Source: Blasia pusilla
Lineage: Eukaryota
Reading direction: 5' to 3'
NCBI GenBank assembly: GCA_050084515.1
Contig: CM114271.1
Coordinates: forward strand, 18,228,001 to 18,292,000
Length of the DNA: 64,000 nt
Shown here: in pieces, positions 13,051 through 26,696 of the stretch
Layout: the number at the start of each line of letters is the position of its first letter
Numbering within the stretch: the stretch's first letter is position 1
Program-made: the position numbers and the translations under genes
The notes under the pieces: model-generated
Database searches by the model: none
What the model saw: the letters and a program-made list of their open reading frames with translations, nothing else
What the model was told of the DNA's origin: nothing

Positions 13051-13178
13051 GTTGGAAATATTTTGTTTCTTCTTGTCTCGTTGTTTGGATGCCATGAATT
13101 AGCGTGGGATCGTGTATGTTTGTCTGTGTGTTTGCTGACAGCGATGTATGTTGTGTAGCAATGTGTATGCGTACAACA
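13051..13178 (+). repeat. Repeat B (family 1), ~128 bp, 3' end of element A
   Basis: Matches 27313-27440 and 26697-26792 (reverse) and the 3' ends of the solo units. It is preceded by gttagagggacctaac and a G-run. Confidence 0.85.
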
Positions 13179-15500
13179 CACTAAAAAATGACATGGTTGT
13201 ATGGCCACATTTAGGAGATTGCACTTCCATTGGATATACTGACACCAACATAGAAACCTCGACATCAATGGCAAACTACCTGATTGGGGAAGTACATCAA
13301 TTCCCATATCTTGTTTCCAATGTTAGTATCATACATGTTCTATAATTTGATCATGAACCTATCTACTTTAACATGTTGGTCTCCAAAACCATCTAGAGGC
13401 CGTAGAAAAGTTTACTTTTCTGACCAAATGTCGATATACTTTCCTTCAAGAAAACAAAAGGGAAATTCATCACACTCATCAACATGGCTCTTACGTAGTG
13501 CTCACCCACAGTAAACATGATCGAGTTCAATGGCATCTTACATCAATGCTGCAAAGAAGTCTTACCTTTCCAACTATTCGGAGGCAAGAACATTAGTTCA
13601 AATTCAACATTCTTCTCCCAACTCTAGTTTGACAAGGATTGCAAAGAGGCCCACGTGGAGTTGAATCATTGGTTGAGGCCCCGGGGATCCACAATCTCCA
13701 CACATGTGACAGTTGTAGAACACTTACAAACGATTGGTACGTAGGAAGAAACAAAAATACATTGCCATCAAGATCATGGATTTCACAAAGCAAATGAAAT
13801 ACCAATTGCACTTGCACTAGAGAATACTCGTAAATAGATAAAATAACATTCCACTTCAAGATCTATAAATCTAGACTCACATAAGGTACCCAACTTTACC
13901 ACTCAAACACTACTACTCCCACCAATCTCAGGCCGAATGGGACCCGAGATCTACCGAGACCTCTTCACCATTGAGGACATTACATCAAGCCTCAGAAGGC
14001 TCCATAACAAATGAGAAAATAACATGGGGTGCCACGCTCAGATGTTCAAATTTGCAAGTGAGACAATTGGCTCGACCCTCACCAGAATGTTCAATACTAG
14101 AGTTCAGTAGGGATTCCCAACAGAGTGGCAAATCAATATAATCTACCCACTCTTCAAAGTTGGAGATCTTATAATACCATCCAAATGGAAAACTATCATT
14201 ATGAGCTCCCTTATGGCCAAATTGTATGGGCTTCTGCTCGAAAGGAAAATCAGCGACTGAGCTGAAGAAAAGAACGTGCGAGCCAGAGGACAAGAAGGTT
14301 TTCAACAACCATATAGCACCTTGGATCACCTTCTCACACTCCGAGTATTGATTGAAGAAACTTACAAGTCCAGAATTGGGTACAACCCCAATAAATTGTT
14401 ATGTTGTTTTCTGGACTTCAAGAAGGCATTCGACACAATTCCAAGAGTATTTCTTTGGAAACAACTTGAAGAGTTGGGTGTCCCACCACAACAACTTACA
14501 CCGATCAAGGTCTTATATGCTAAGGTGTTAGCACAAATTGCCACTAAGAAGGGCAGATCTAAAACTTTATCCTCCAACATTGGAATCAAACAAGGATGTC
14601 CCCTATCACCTACACTTTTTGGGCTCTACATTGATAAACTTGAGGAGATGCTCTTTGAAGTTAATGAAGCTCCACCAGAGATAGCATGTTGCCTCATCCC
14701 TGTGCTATTGTATGCACATGATATAATGTTGATGTCTAGAAACCACATAGGAGCTCCAACTCTACTTGAATGAACTCGCAAGCTTTTGCATCAAATCACG
14801 CATGGAAGTCAACTTGCTGAAAACAAAGATAATTGTCTTTGCATCACAGAGCCCTATAACACAAAGGTCACCTTCAACCAAGGATTGCAAAGTGAGAATA
14901 TAGAGATTGTGGGTAAGTACATACATGTGGGGGTACATCTTAAACCAAAAAAAGAATGGAGAACTAATGGAATTTGCAACAAGATCAATGCAAGATTGAG
15001 GGGTTTACACGTACACTGCAATCCAACTACAAAAGAGTGGAACTCTAGCATATTCCAAAAAACTCCATCCCTTCCTCGATCCCTTCAAAGCTCTTGTGAT
15101 CCCAGCCACACTCTATGCATTTGAGGTGTGGGGCCAGAGCCCCAAGGCATGGCCCTAAGGTCTAGAGGTCCCCCATAAACTCTTCATGCAATAGATTATA
15201 GGCATTAGGGGAACCACTCCTCACGACATTCTATTGGTTGAGTTTGGGAAGGTTCTAGTGGACATTCATGCACTTAAAAATATAATCACATTCCTCCAAC
15301 ATCTTCATGATATTTGAGAGGAAAATCCCAAGCATATATCTCTAATCCAGAGCCTTTGAGATTTCTAAACGTAGTGCATCTCTTAGGGAAAAAAATTGCA
15401 CTTTAACTGCAAGGAGTGGCTCATGAAATGGGGCAACTCAATCGATGATATGTCCAAGGCCACCAACTAGGACCTGGCTGAACAACTACACAACAATTAC
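13179..15500 (+). mobile_element. LINE ORF2 remainder (endonuclease C-terminus and RT), degenerate
   Basis: QEGF..YSTLDHL, CFLDFKKAFD, GIKQGCPLSPTLF and LLYAHD (degenerate YADD) in ORF 14276..14773. Confidence 0.85.
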
Positions 15501-15940
15501 ACCTACGCAAATTGGGATCGGTACCATCGGCTTTGGGAGACTAGGGGGAATAACTCTATTCATTCATTCTCTCCCTTTATATATATAAAAGACTTCTTAA
15601 CTTATAATCCAAAAACAAAAGGCTTATCACCTTATCCTAGATAGTGACTTATGCACATGTCACTTTCTCATATTTAACTCTAAATATAATTCTACTAAAC
15701 TACAAGAGTTATCTTGAACTTTGGCATATATTAACTATGCCATCAAACTCAATAATATATCCTTTACATCTAAATGGAATCTAAAAAAATCAAACTTGTC
15801 TCTTGGTAATATGATACCTTAATGAATATATCATCAAATTCTTGATGTGTACTCACATAGATAAGTTTTACATTACATGCTAAGATTTTATTTCTAATGA
15901 AATTATAATGCATCTCAATATGCTTTATCCCTTAATGAAA

Positions 15941-16133
15941 CAGTAATATATAGCCCATGCGATGCACGGCAGTGAAGGGACAAAGGAAATGAAGGGACTA
16001 ATGATGATGCACACAAATTCAAAAAAAAATCACCTCCCGTACTATGGGAAACATTTTCTTGCTGCCCGATTGCCACGTGTCAAGTAGAGAGATGTTTGCA
16101 AATCAATAAGGCACTCTCCAATAATAATATAGA
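15941..16133 (-). mobile_element. Non-autonomous mini-Helitron
   Basis: Minus strand starts A|TCTATATTATTA. A 3' hairpin CCGTGCATCGCATGG is followed by a degenerate CTAG end. Confidence 0.6.
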
Positions 16134-17104
16134 TTGGATTATTTTCCAAATGAGCACTATTGATTTTATTTACATATTTGAAAATTTTATCTTAGCATCC
16201 TAAGCTTGTGTCTATAATTAAACTATTTAATCAAATTAATTTGCAAACAAAGGTAAAGGTCGTGGTAGGAGCTTCCGTGGTCGTGATGGATATCAAGCAT
16301 AAAGAGGAAGAAACACTTTTCATAACTTCACTCAATCAACTTCGAACCAGTACCAAACACAATCTCAAGATAGTTGAAATCGTTGGGATCAAGGTCAGCA
16401 ATAGAAGGTCCTTGGATCTTACAATTACTTTGGGATAAATAATCACCATGGAAAGTTTTGCTTCAAGAAGAAGGCAAATATGAAAATGATAACCTTACAA
16501 CCACAAAATTATGTGGAGCAACAACACTAAGGGCAATATCAAGAACAAAAATATTTATAAAATGATCACCTCTCAACCCTGATTGATCATATGAGAGCAG
16601 TGGTTAAAAATTACTCTACAACAGATTGGTACATTGACTCTTGTGCATCAAATCACATGACCTCACAAGTTAAATAATTCATTAGTATACAGCATGTGAA
16701 AAATCTCGTAATAGTGCTCATAGAAGATGTTACTCAACATCATATCACACATACTCGTAAAGTTCCAATAGCATCAAATGGTCTTTGTGCTTTTGGAAAT
16801 GTTATCTATGCTTATAATATTGCAAGAAATTTGATATCTCTAGGTTAGATAGTAGAATAGGGTTATGAGATGAAGTTTAACATATATGGTTTTTTCATTG
16901 AAACAATGGATGACCAGACTATGATATCCAAAGGAACAACATCTGGCAGAATGTTTAAATTATATGTTTCTATGTTAGAGATTCAAACAAGAATGTATGG
17001 TCAAATACAAACAACAAGTCACAAATATAGACGTGTGGCATAAGAGAATTGGATAGATGAATCTTCAAAGATTACAAAGTCTTTCATCATCTAATCTAGA
17101 AATA

Positions 17105-18593
17105 TGACCTAGAGATATATCCACACATATGGATTACAAGAGATGGGGGCCCACACCGGAGTTCGGTCGGCCTCTAACTCTACAATCCGCTTGCTTTGCT
17201 GGGACATCTGCTCTACCAACAACTTCAACAAGTCCAACGTCTGACTTGACTCAATCGGTTCCCCTGAGTTTGGAGCCGATGGCCCCGCGGAAAGATTTTC
17301 CTCTGGAACATCCTCACGTCTAGCGTTCAACTCTTCGAGAGTCTCCGTCTCCTCCAAAGCAACACAATCCGGCATTGGTTCGACTCTCGGTTCACGTTGC
17401 TTGATTGGGCGCTTCTTGGGTTCTTCTCCCTCAATTGCCATCTTCAAGTCCACTCACTCATATCTCCTCCTTGTTTCTTGCGTTCCTCCTCAAGCGTCTG
17501 AGTCTAGCCGCTACCTTGAGTTTTCCCAAGGGTCCGGTTGATCCCACGACCCCAAGTTCTTGCTCACCAAAGATTTTCTCTGATATCACTTGTCGTGGGC
17601 CTACTCTCCTTGAACGTCAATCTCTAATGTTGCAAAAGCGTACGTTCAGTAGGACACGCTCTTATCGCCGACCTGCACATCCAAACGCACTCACGTTAGT
17701 CTAAATTTGGGTCAAGCGGCTTTCCAACTCACCAAGTCGTCAACTCGGCACCTCATCAAGCTCAACCTTCCTTACTTCCTAGGTTCCCAACATGGCAAGT
17801 CTTTCAAGACTTGGAACAGACTTCCTGGTTAGTCAAGGAACCTAAAACGGCACTTGCACGTCTAACGGTTCCAACTGTTCAACGAACCTCGTGCGAGTTC
17901 CTAACCTGGACCCAAGTAATTGAATCGCGGGTTGGAATCCAAGAGGGATCCCTAAGAATCACCTCAATAGACTTGGTTCAGGTTTTCAAGCCCAACTCCC
18001 AAACTCCCAATCCGTTCCATGCCCTTGAGCCGCCCTGCGGCGCCCAAAGTGGGGTTCGAGTCCCAAGCACCCTTGGAGACCTTCCCCCTTACTAGTACTT
18101 TGGGATCTCCAATAACCCCTCCCCTTTAGAAAAGGATGGTCGGGCCTTTCATTGTGGCCCTCAACCCGACTCTACTTACAGTTGTTTTTGGGTTGTTTCT
18201 CAGCCGCTACTCATGCGTTTGCAAAGATCTTTAGTGCATTTGAATTGGCTTTCCATAAGCTTTCCAACGCACTCTTATTTGTTCCAAACGCATATTGGAG
18301 CTAAAAGTTATGGCCATAAATACAGTCGGAAACTCTCAAACGCTAGTGACATCTCAAATCCGGATTCCTTCCTTTGGCGACCCACTTCCTAGACTTGACC
18401 CTCTCAAGTCTTGTTCCGCGTTTGGTCCAAGTTTCTCAGTCGCAACCACAACATATGAAATGCAAAGCCTTGCTTGCGTCTCGTTTCTTGTCTCTTCTCC
18501 GAGACCACTCCAACGCGTAAACCATCCTAGCGTGAGCCCGCTACTGTTCCGATGTTCCGCTTTGGCGCTTGTTTGGTCATGAGGGTCGTGACA
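17105..18593 (-). mobile_element. Truncated conventional LTR retrotransposon: 5' LTR (17591-18593), tRNA-iMet-type PBS and gag start
   Basis: TG...CA unit of about 1 kb, homologous to 33031-34026. On the minus strand, CA-ag-TGATATCAGAG is one mismatch from the TGGTATCAGAG PBS. Gag-like ORF 17109..17453. Confidence 0.8.
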
Positions 18594-19994
18594 ACGGAAG
18601 TCTTTGGTTGTATTTGTTATATTCATGTTCATTCTAAAAATATGTTTAAAATTAGATCCCAAATGTGAAACATGTATCTTCATTGGTTATGATGATGGAA
18701 TTAAGGGATATAAGTACTACATTCCATCCTCTAGGCATCTTATTATTAGCAACGATGTTATTTTTTATAAGCTGAAATCATGGTATGCTCCATCTGAGCC
18801 TATTCCACCTCTAAATTCAGCTTTTGAGGGGGAGAATATGACTATAAACCAATAAACATTGCCTAAAACTTTCCCAAGTACTAGTGTAGGATTAGGATAG
18901 GTCATAGATTCTTCAGTTAAATATGTCAATCTATAGTCAGGAATAGTACATGTTCAATCTATTGATATTAGCCATAGCTCAAGTCAGATGTCAGAGGCAT
19001 CCACCTCCAAACAACAACTTCATAGATCAAGTTGAGTTACATCCTATTAATAAATTCAAAAATGAAGGATTTCGTGCAACACATCATGCATATATGATGA
19101 CTATCCTTAAAAAATAGGAACCGAGTTGTTTTGAAGACGTTGCAAGCAATGTCAAATGGACTAAAGCTATGGAGCAGGAGCTTAATGCATTTAGATATCA
19201 ACAGACATGAGAGTTTGTTGATATATCTTCCGGTAAGGAAGTTATTGGTTGCAAATGGGTTTATAAAATCAATTGTAATTAAGACGGTACAGTGAACAAA
19301 TACAAAGCCAGATTGGTAGCTAAGAGCTATTCACAACAATATGGGGATTATGAGGAGATATTTAGCCTTGTTGCAAAGATTACGATTACGAGAACAATTG
19401 TTGCAATTGCATTACGTAAGTATTGGAGACTACATCACATGGACGTCAAGAATGCCTTATTGAATAAAGATCTATATGAGGAGATATATGTGACTCAACC
19501 ATCTCAATATGAGTATCCAGAGTTTTTATTCCGTGTATACAAGTTAAAGAAAGCTCTATACGGGCTCAAGCAAGCTCCAAGAGTTTGGTATTGTAAGATT
19601 ATATACGTCCTACAAGAGTTGGACTTTAGGGTACGTGATTATGACTCCTCGCTATATATCTTGAGAGGACAAGGTCATATGGTTATTATTTTATTGTATG
19701 TTGGCGACGTCTTGATCACTCGGAGTACGGAGTACTTAGGATATAGTATAACAAGTCAAGCTAAAGTTAAGGCATAATTTGATATGAAGGACTTACGAGA
19801 ACTCAAGTATTTCCTTGGTGTTGAGTTAATCAAGGTTTGAGAGAGCATGTAGTTATTATAACAATAATATGTTTTTTACATGCTTTCAAAATAGGGTATG
19901 AAAACTAGTAATCCAATCTTTATATCGTTGGAACAGAGTGTGAAGCTAAGAGTGGATGAAGGAGAGTTGCTAGAAAATTATAATATGTACAATC

Positions 19995-21005
<1,011 letters not shown>

Positions 21006-21394
21006 AGGGATATGGTTGGAAGTGTGATCTATCTGATTATAACCAAGCCAAACTTCAATTATGCAATTGGCCTAATAAGCCAATTTATGCAAGCACCTTA
21101 AAAATCTCACCATAATGCTATAAGGATGATTATGCAGTATATGAAATTTTTGTTCAATTTGAACCTTCTTTGAGTTTACAATTACAGGGATTCATAGATA
21201 TTGATTGGGCAAGAAGCGTGTGTAATAGACATTCCATATTTGGTTATTCATTTACCTTGGGAAGCGAAGTTATTAGTTCGGCTTCAAACAAAGGTTTAAT
21301 ACAGAGGAGCAGCCAACGCAACGTGAGAGGCGGTCTGGCTTTATCAATTACTTGTTGAGATTCGTATTCGTAAATTAAGACCTATTGTAATTTT

Positions 21395-21535
21395 TCTTAT
21401 TATGAGAGAATGTCATCTTGATTTGCAAACACTTCTCTGTTTGACACGTGGCGATTGAAGAACAAGAAAATGTTTCACATTTAAATTTATGTGGAATATC
21501 ACTAGACTATTTCCTTCATGGGCTATATACTAACT
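21395..21535 (+). mobile_element. Second, degenerate copy of the mini-Helitron at 15941-16133
   Basis: Shared core gatttgcaaac..ctct..ttgacacgtggc.at....caagaaaatgtttc and a catgggctatata 3' remnant. Confidence 0.55.
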
Positions 21536-22810
21536 CTTCAACATTTTTTTATTTCCCGTCGCACAAAGACTCTAGTGGCATATAGAGCCATCAAACTCCC
21601 TAGTAGCATTATATTTCACACTTAACCAAATATACGATTTAGAATAATTATTTAATATACGATCTAGTGTGCATTTATTTATGTCTCAACTCGTCTTTTT
21701 CGTTAATTATTTGTTCGGTAGAAGAATCTCATCCCGAAAATTCTTGAACAAGAACGAGTCGTACGCTTTGTATTGCGCAAGACTTTCGACAAGAACACAA
21801 AATAAGTGACAGAGTCGGGGTGGCCGTCGCCCCGTCGGCCACAGTCGCACTTGAATGCGTAGAAGATTCGTCGCTGTTACTGCCTGGGAAATTGCGACGT
21901 CGCGTAAATGCCACATGGGGAAGGAATAGTTAAGAATGTGCCAATCGAATCTCATAAAGATGCTCTTATCCGTACTTCAAAAAAAAGTACTGCGGAGAAG
22001 CCGCGCTCCCGCAGCGGAGTCCGGACCTTTCACAGACGCACGCGGTCCTCGGCATGAACGGCGGGTAACCGCGGGTTATTAAAATAAATAAATAATTATT
22101 ATATTAGTGAAGAAAGAAATAAAGAACATCCCGGATGCCGAGCCGGGCTCAGTTCCAGACGTCCCGGTTTCTCGACGCCGGTTCCTACATCCATCGGCGT
22201 CCGGGCAAGATTATCCTTTCTCCTGACGAGTCCTGCGATGGAGGACCATCGTGGGACAGATGCCGACACAGGCAATATCGAGTCTCGATCCAAGTAGCTG
22301 AGTACGACCTGCTACGGCAGGTCGTCCGGAACCCGTACCTTCCGACGACGACCTGGATGGTCATTGGTCGCTGTGAGGGGAGAGAATTCCACAAACGGCG
22401 TTGAACGGTTCGATGGCTTAGAGATATACCCGAATGCGCATCTGCTGACCGTACAAAAGCATCCGATCATGATCTGACGGGAGGAATATTTAAAACCTGA
22501 GCCTCAGCGGATGGTAGATGTACGACTGGAGCAGGTTCTTACTGACTTCCTGCACAGTAAGTGCTTTGGAGAGTTTATAGTGACTGATAAGTTTAAACCA
22601 ACACATTTCGCGTGAAATCGCCGAAGTTCTCCACCATCCGGATGAAGCGGTTTCGGGTCCACCTCACCAGCCGGTATTTTAAAATTTTGGGCTAGATAAA
22701 ACCTCTCCGCCGGCAAGTTACATGGAGCATCCGTATGCGGATAAATAATTATTTTATTATAAAAATGTAATCTTTACAATATCTTCATAAATATTTATCA
22801 TAAATATTAA

Positions 22811-23031
22811 TTAGTTGGTGCTAGTGTTATGTACGGGTCATTTTAAAATTTTAAAATAAAACTTTTTTTTAATATATTTCTGATTGAATTTTTTCCTTTA
22901 AAATGACACATGTCAATTCCTAATTATATTTCCTTTTTGAAAATGACACCTATCAACACCAAAAGAATCTTCACAAGACAAATGCTTTCGGAGGAGTTCT
23001 TCTAATCCCAACTTCTTTTTAATTATATAGA
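22811..23031 (-). mobile_element. Non-autonomous mini-Helitron, different family
   Basis: Minus strand starts A|TCTATATAATTAAAAAG and has a degenerate hairpin followed by CTAA|T. Confidence 0.45.
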
Positions 23032-24014
23032 TATATATGTTAAATATTCTATTGCTAAAGCCTCCTAATAGTTTACTTTTTTTAATTGCTTATTTGCATA
23101 TCATGGATAGAGGAGTGCCTCCCATGGAACATTTCTATGGCTAAGTCAACCCTGCCCTCTCTCAAGAATACTTTTTCCACCCAAGTGAAAAAGATTTGAG
23201 GGTGGCCTATGCATACATCTATTACATAACTTACTAGTGGTTTGTTCCTGGATTATTAGTTGATGTCTATTATTTTCCATGTTGGGTTTGGAGATTGAAT
23301 TTCTACCTTGGGCATCAATATGCTTATACTTTATATAAAATTTTAAAATTTTTTTTATAGAAAATAGAGAGCATGATATATTTTTATGTAAATCCTCCTC
23401 AATAATGGGGAAAGCCTTTCAACTCTTCATGCAAGTATAGCAATTTTACTATTGATTCAGATCACATAAAAGTATCAATTTGCGCGTTAAGGTAGTGGAG
23501 ATGCTTCCTTGGCTCTTGCCTTGGGAAGCACCTGACGCAAAGTAACATCCCTTTATTCTAGGTTTCGAGATCCTTACCAAATTCTAGCAGAGATGCTATG
23601 TGAGATGGGAAGGATGCATAACTTGATTTCCAATTTTTAGAAATAGATTTCATTGCTAGATCTTAAACCTTTCCAATCGGCATATGTATATTATATATAA
23701 ATATATATATAAATATATATATATAAATAATAGTCTCCAAGTCATATGCATTCAATTTTTATCTCGTTATTGTGCTCATGGTTCCAATTTGTTGGCAAGG
23801 CATCAAAGGTTGTTTATATATGGATTTACTCAAATCTCCCATGTCTTATGACTGTAATGGGCTTGGTCAACTAAAAGGTTAATAATATGTTTGAGCTTAT
23901 TCATCGTTAGATTTTCTAACCCGAGGTCGCGTTTATTTTACTTTGGTTTTCCATATGGAGAAAAAATAAGATACTTATTGTTTCTAATCTTAACATGCAA
24001 GAGGTCATATCACA

Positions 24015-25441
24015 ATGAACAATATGCCCCTTGGAAATTATGATCGAGCTCCTAAGTTTGAGCATGATCCCGTGCCTTTACAAGTTCCATTTCATTTGTT
24101 GACTTCTGATTGTTGTGAGATAGTTTTCAGCAAGGTGGAGGGCATGAGTAGCCATGAGAGAAGCTATGAATTTGGGAGTTTGTTGGATACTGTTGTTGGC
24201 TTGAATCATCTTGGAGGCCTGGAATGCGGAGCAGAGGGCCTAAAGGTTGGCCGCTCCTACAAGAAGCAAGACCATGTATGGGGAAATATTCATCCTTTGG
24301 GTGATGGTGAATGTGCACTTACTATATTAGATTATTCCCTAGTATCTTCCAATGAGTTAGTTGTTAATGCTCTTAAGGATGGTTTGGATGCAACTAGAGT
24401 TTTGTTGTGTAGGTTACAAATGTCTCCAAGTAGTTCGTTGCCTGTAGCGAGAAAGAAGTGCTAAACCTCTCCTTGGGAAGTGGAAGCAGAGACGTGGCCT
24501 GATACAAATATTATGCTTGAGGAGCAAAGAGAGCATGTAACCACAATAGGTCCTTGCCTAGAAGCGGACTTCCATGAATGGGAAGACCCAGAGGATGATC
24601 TAAATCATATAAATGAGTGGGTGATGAATGAAGACATTATTTTTTATGATGTGATTCAAAATACAGGTCATATAGACGGTGTGGAGAACTTTGAAATTCA
24701 TGCATCTACAAAGCTCAAAACTTTAGGCCAAGAAGTGAGACACATTCTAGCATATGTGGTGTCAGATTTAACTAATGTAAGTTGTTCTCAAAAAGTCGAT
24801 CCAACCGTGACATGCCAAGATAAGATTCTTTACAAATCCACTCTAGTAAGTCAATCGGTAGGCAATTTACAATTGTCAAAGGATAGGCTTACTAGAGTGA
24901 AACAAGTTTTGTACTACAACATTGGTAAGAGAAAGGAACGCGAAGAGGGCTTTCCTACATGTTTCATTGATGTTGGTTTAGATTGTGTAGTTGCTTTTGA
25001 GATAACATATAATTTAGGCCCTTCAACAAGATCAACTAGGGCAAAAGGATGTGAGAAGCAAGGGAAAGGGATAAAGAAAGGAATGGTGATAGTATCTGAG
25101 CCAATAGTACAAAAGGATTTTTGGTTGGGAAGGATTGTTATGATCAGACGAAAGTTTGGTGCACAATGGGGCAAGCATCGAGCTCCTATTGATTTGCTAG
25201 ATAGGGATGCACCTACTATTGGTCAAACATTTTGCGTATGCAATTTTTGTTTAATTGGTATAAATTCACAAGTTATAACAAAACTCAATTCATATATGAC
25301 ACAACTGATTTGCAATGGATTGATATTGAGATGGTTATATTGAATGTAATATTAACTATGAAAGAGGGGCTTGAGCGCATCTATGTATTAGATCCAATTG
25401 ATAGGCAAGCAATGGATGATTATGTGCACACAATGACATAG
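24015..25441 (+). pseudogene. Probable DNA transposase C-terminal remnant (P-element/THAP9-like)
   Basis: Near-continuous ~470-codon frame with one stop and one frameshift. LTSDCCEIVFSKVEG resembles the P-family catalytic-E motif (QDxxExxFSxxR..GG). Confidence 0.4.
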
Positions 25442-26696
25442 TTATTGTTTTGAAATGTACAAATATGTGATTAGCATAATTTTGAGTTCCTTTTTTTAGT
25501 GAGCATTTTTTTATTGATTGATACGGTTAGTGGGTGTATGGGACAGGCTAGGGGAGTGATATATTGGCATAATGAGTTTATACTCATTCAAGGATTCAAT
25601 TCCCTTTCATCACAAAGTTAGTTGTAGTGGATTTTCAGGGCAGACTATTGGGATGATGGATTGGTATAATGAGTTTACAATCATTCATGGGTTCAATGAC
25701 CTTACATCAAAGAGTTGGATATTGTTTAGGGTATATTTAGCAACCCTTCACAAACATATTATGCTAAAAATCATTGGTATTAGCATAGATGTAGCTTTTC
25801 ACTATTTTAGTTAGTTCTATAAAAATCAATAATTGCTTAAAAAGAAGAAGCTCATCGATGGTTTGGTAAGCATAATCCCAATGTGTATGTCTCAATCTTT
25901 AAAATTTTTGTAAGGAAATTCTTCATTGTGCTACAAAACTAGCTAAGTTGAAGAAAGTTATACATATGTCAACCATAACTAAGAGCTTAGTGTCTCCAAG
26001 ATTTTTTAGAATTGTGCTTGCATCACTTATTTCAAATTTTTTCACCCTTCATACTATTATGGGAAAAGTGTATGAATAAAAAAATTAACCCTAATTTTTT
26101 AACCTATTAATGTTTTTGGATGAAAGTTTTTGAAGTTTGACAAGTTGTTTAACTCTCTAGAGAGCTTTACATTATCATATAACAAATATTTTTCCAAGGT
26201 TGAAGACTAAAAAAAATTCCATAATCACATGCTCTTAAGTTTGATACAAATTTCATGATATTTCCAAGTTTTATATTTTCAAATTTGTAGCTTATATCAA
26301 TTCCTTGTTGAAGCCATGTATTACTAGAAGAAAAACAAGGAATCCAAATAGATCAAAACCTCGACCAAGGACTAGACTTCCAAAAATAATCTAGACATGC
26401 ACCCACAACAATTAGACTCAACACTATCAACAATGGGAAATGATCAAAAATAAGATATTCTATAACGTGTTATATGCATACATATGCATACATAATCTAC
26501 TTTTTTGTTCATATCCACCCAACAAACATCGTCAATCTTCCCAATACATGATTAGATCCGTTTATACATAAAAATGCACTCACATATGTAAACCAAGATC
26601 ACGCAACATCGCCCTTACTAGAGATTATGCCATCTGACTTCAATTAGCAACATTACATTCATATGACATAATCTACTACCCTATGCACATCCGAGA

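Larger units (their letters stand above)
4866..13178 (+). mobile_element. Element A: Gypsy-type retroelement carrying a DNA methyltransferase and a PHD finger, A-internal-B termini, degenerate
   Basis: Starts TGTCA (4866) and ends CAACA (13178), with flanks catt/cact. Internal order is gag, PR (RVLLDSGAQ ~7842), DNMT, RT (CYIDD ~10444), RNase H, integrase, PHD. Confidence 0.9.
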
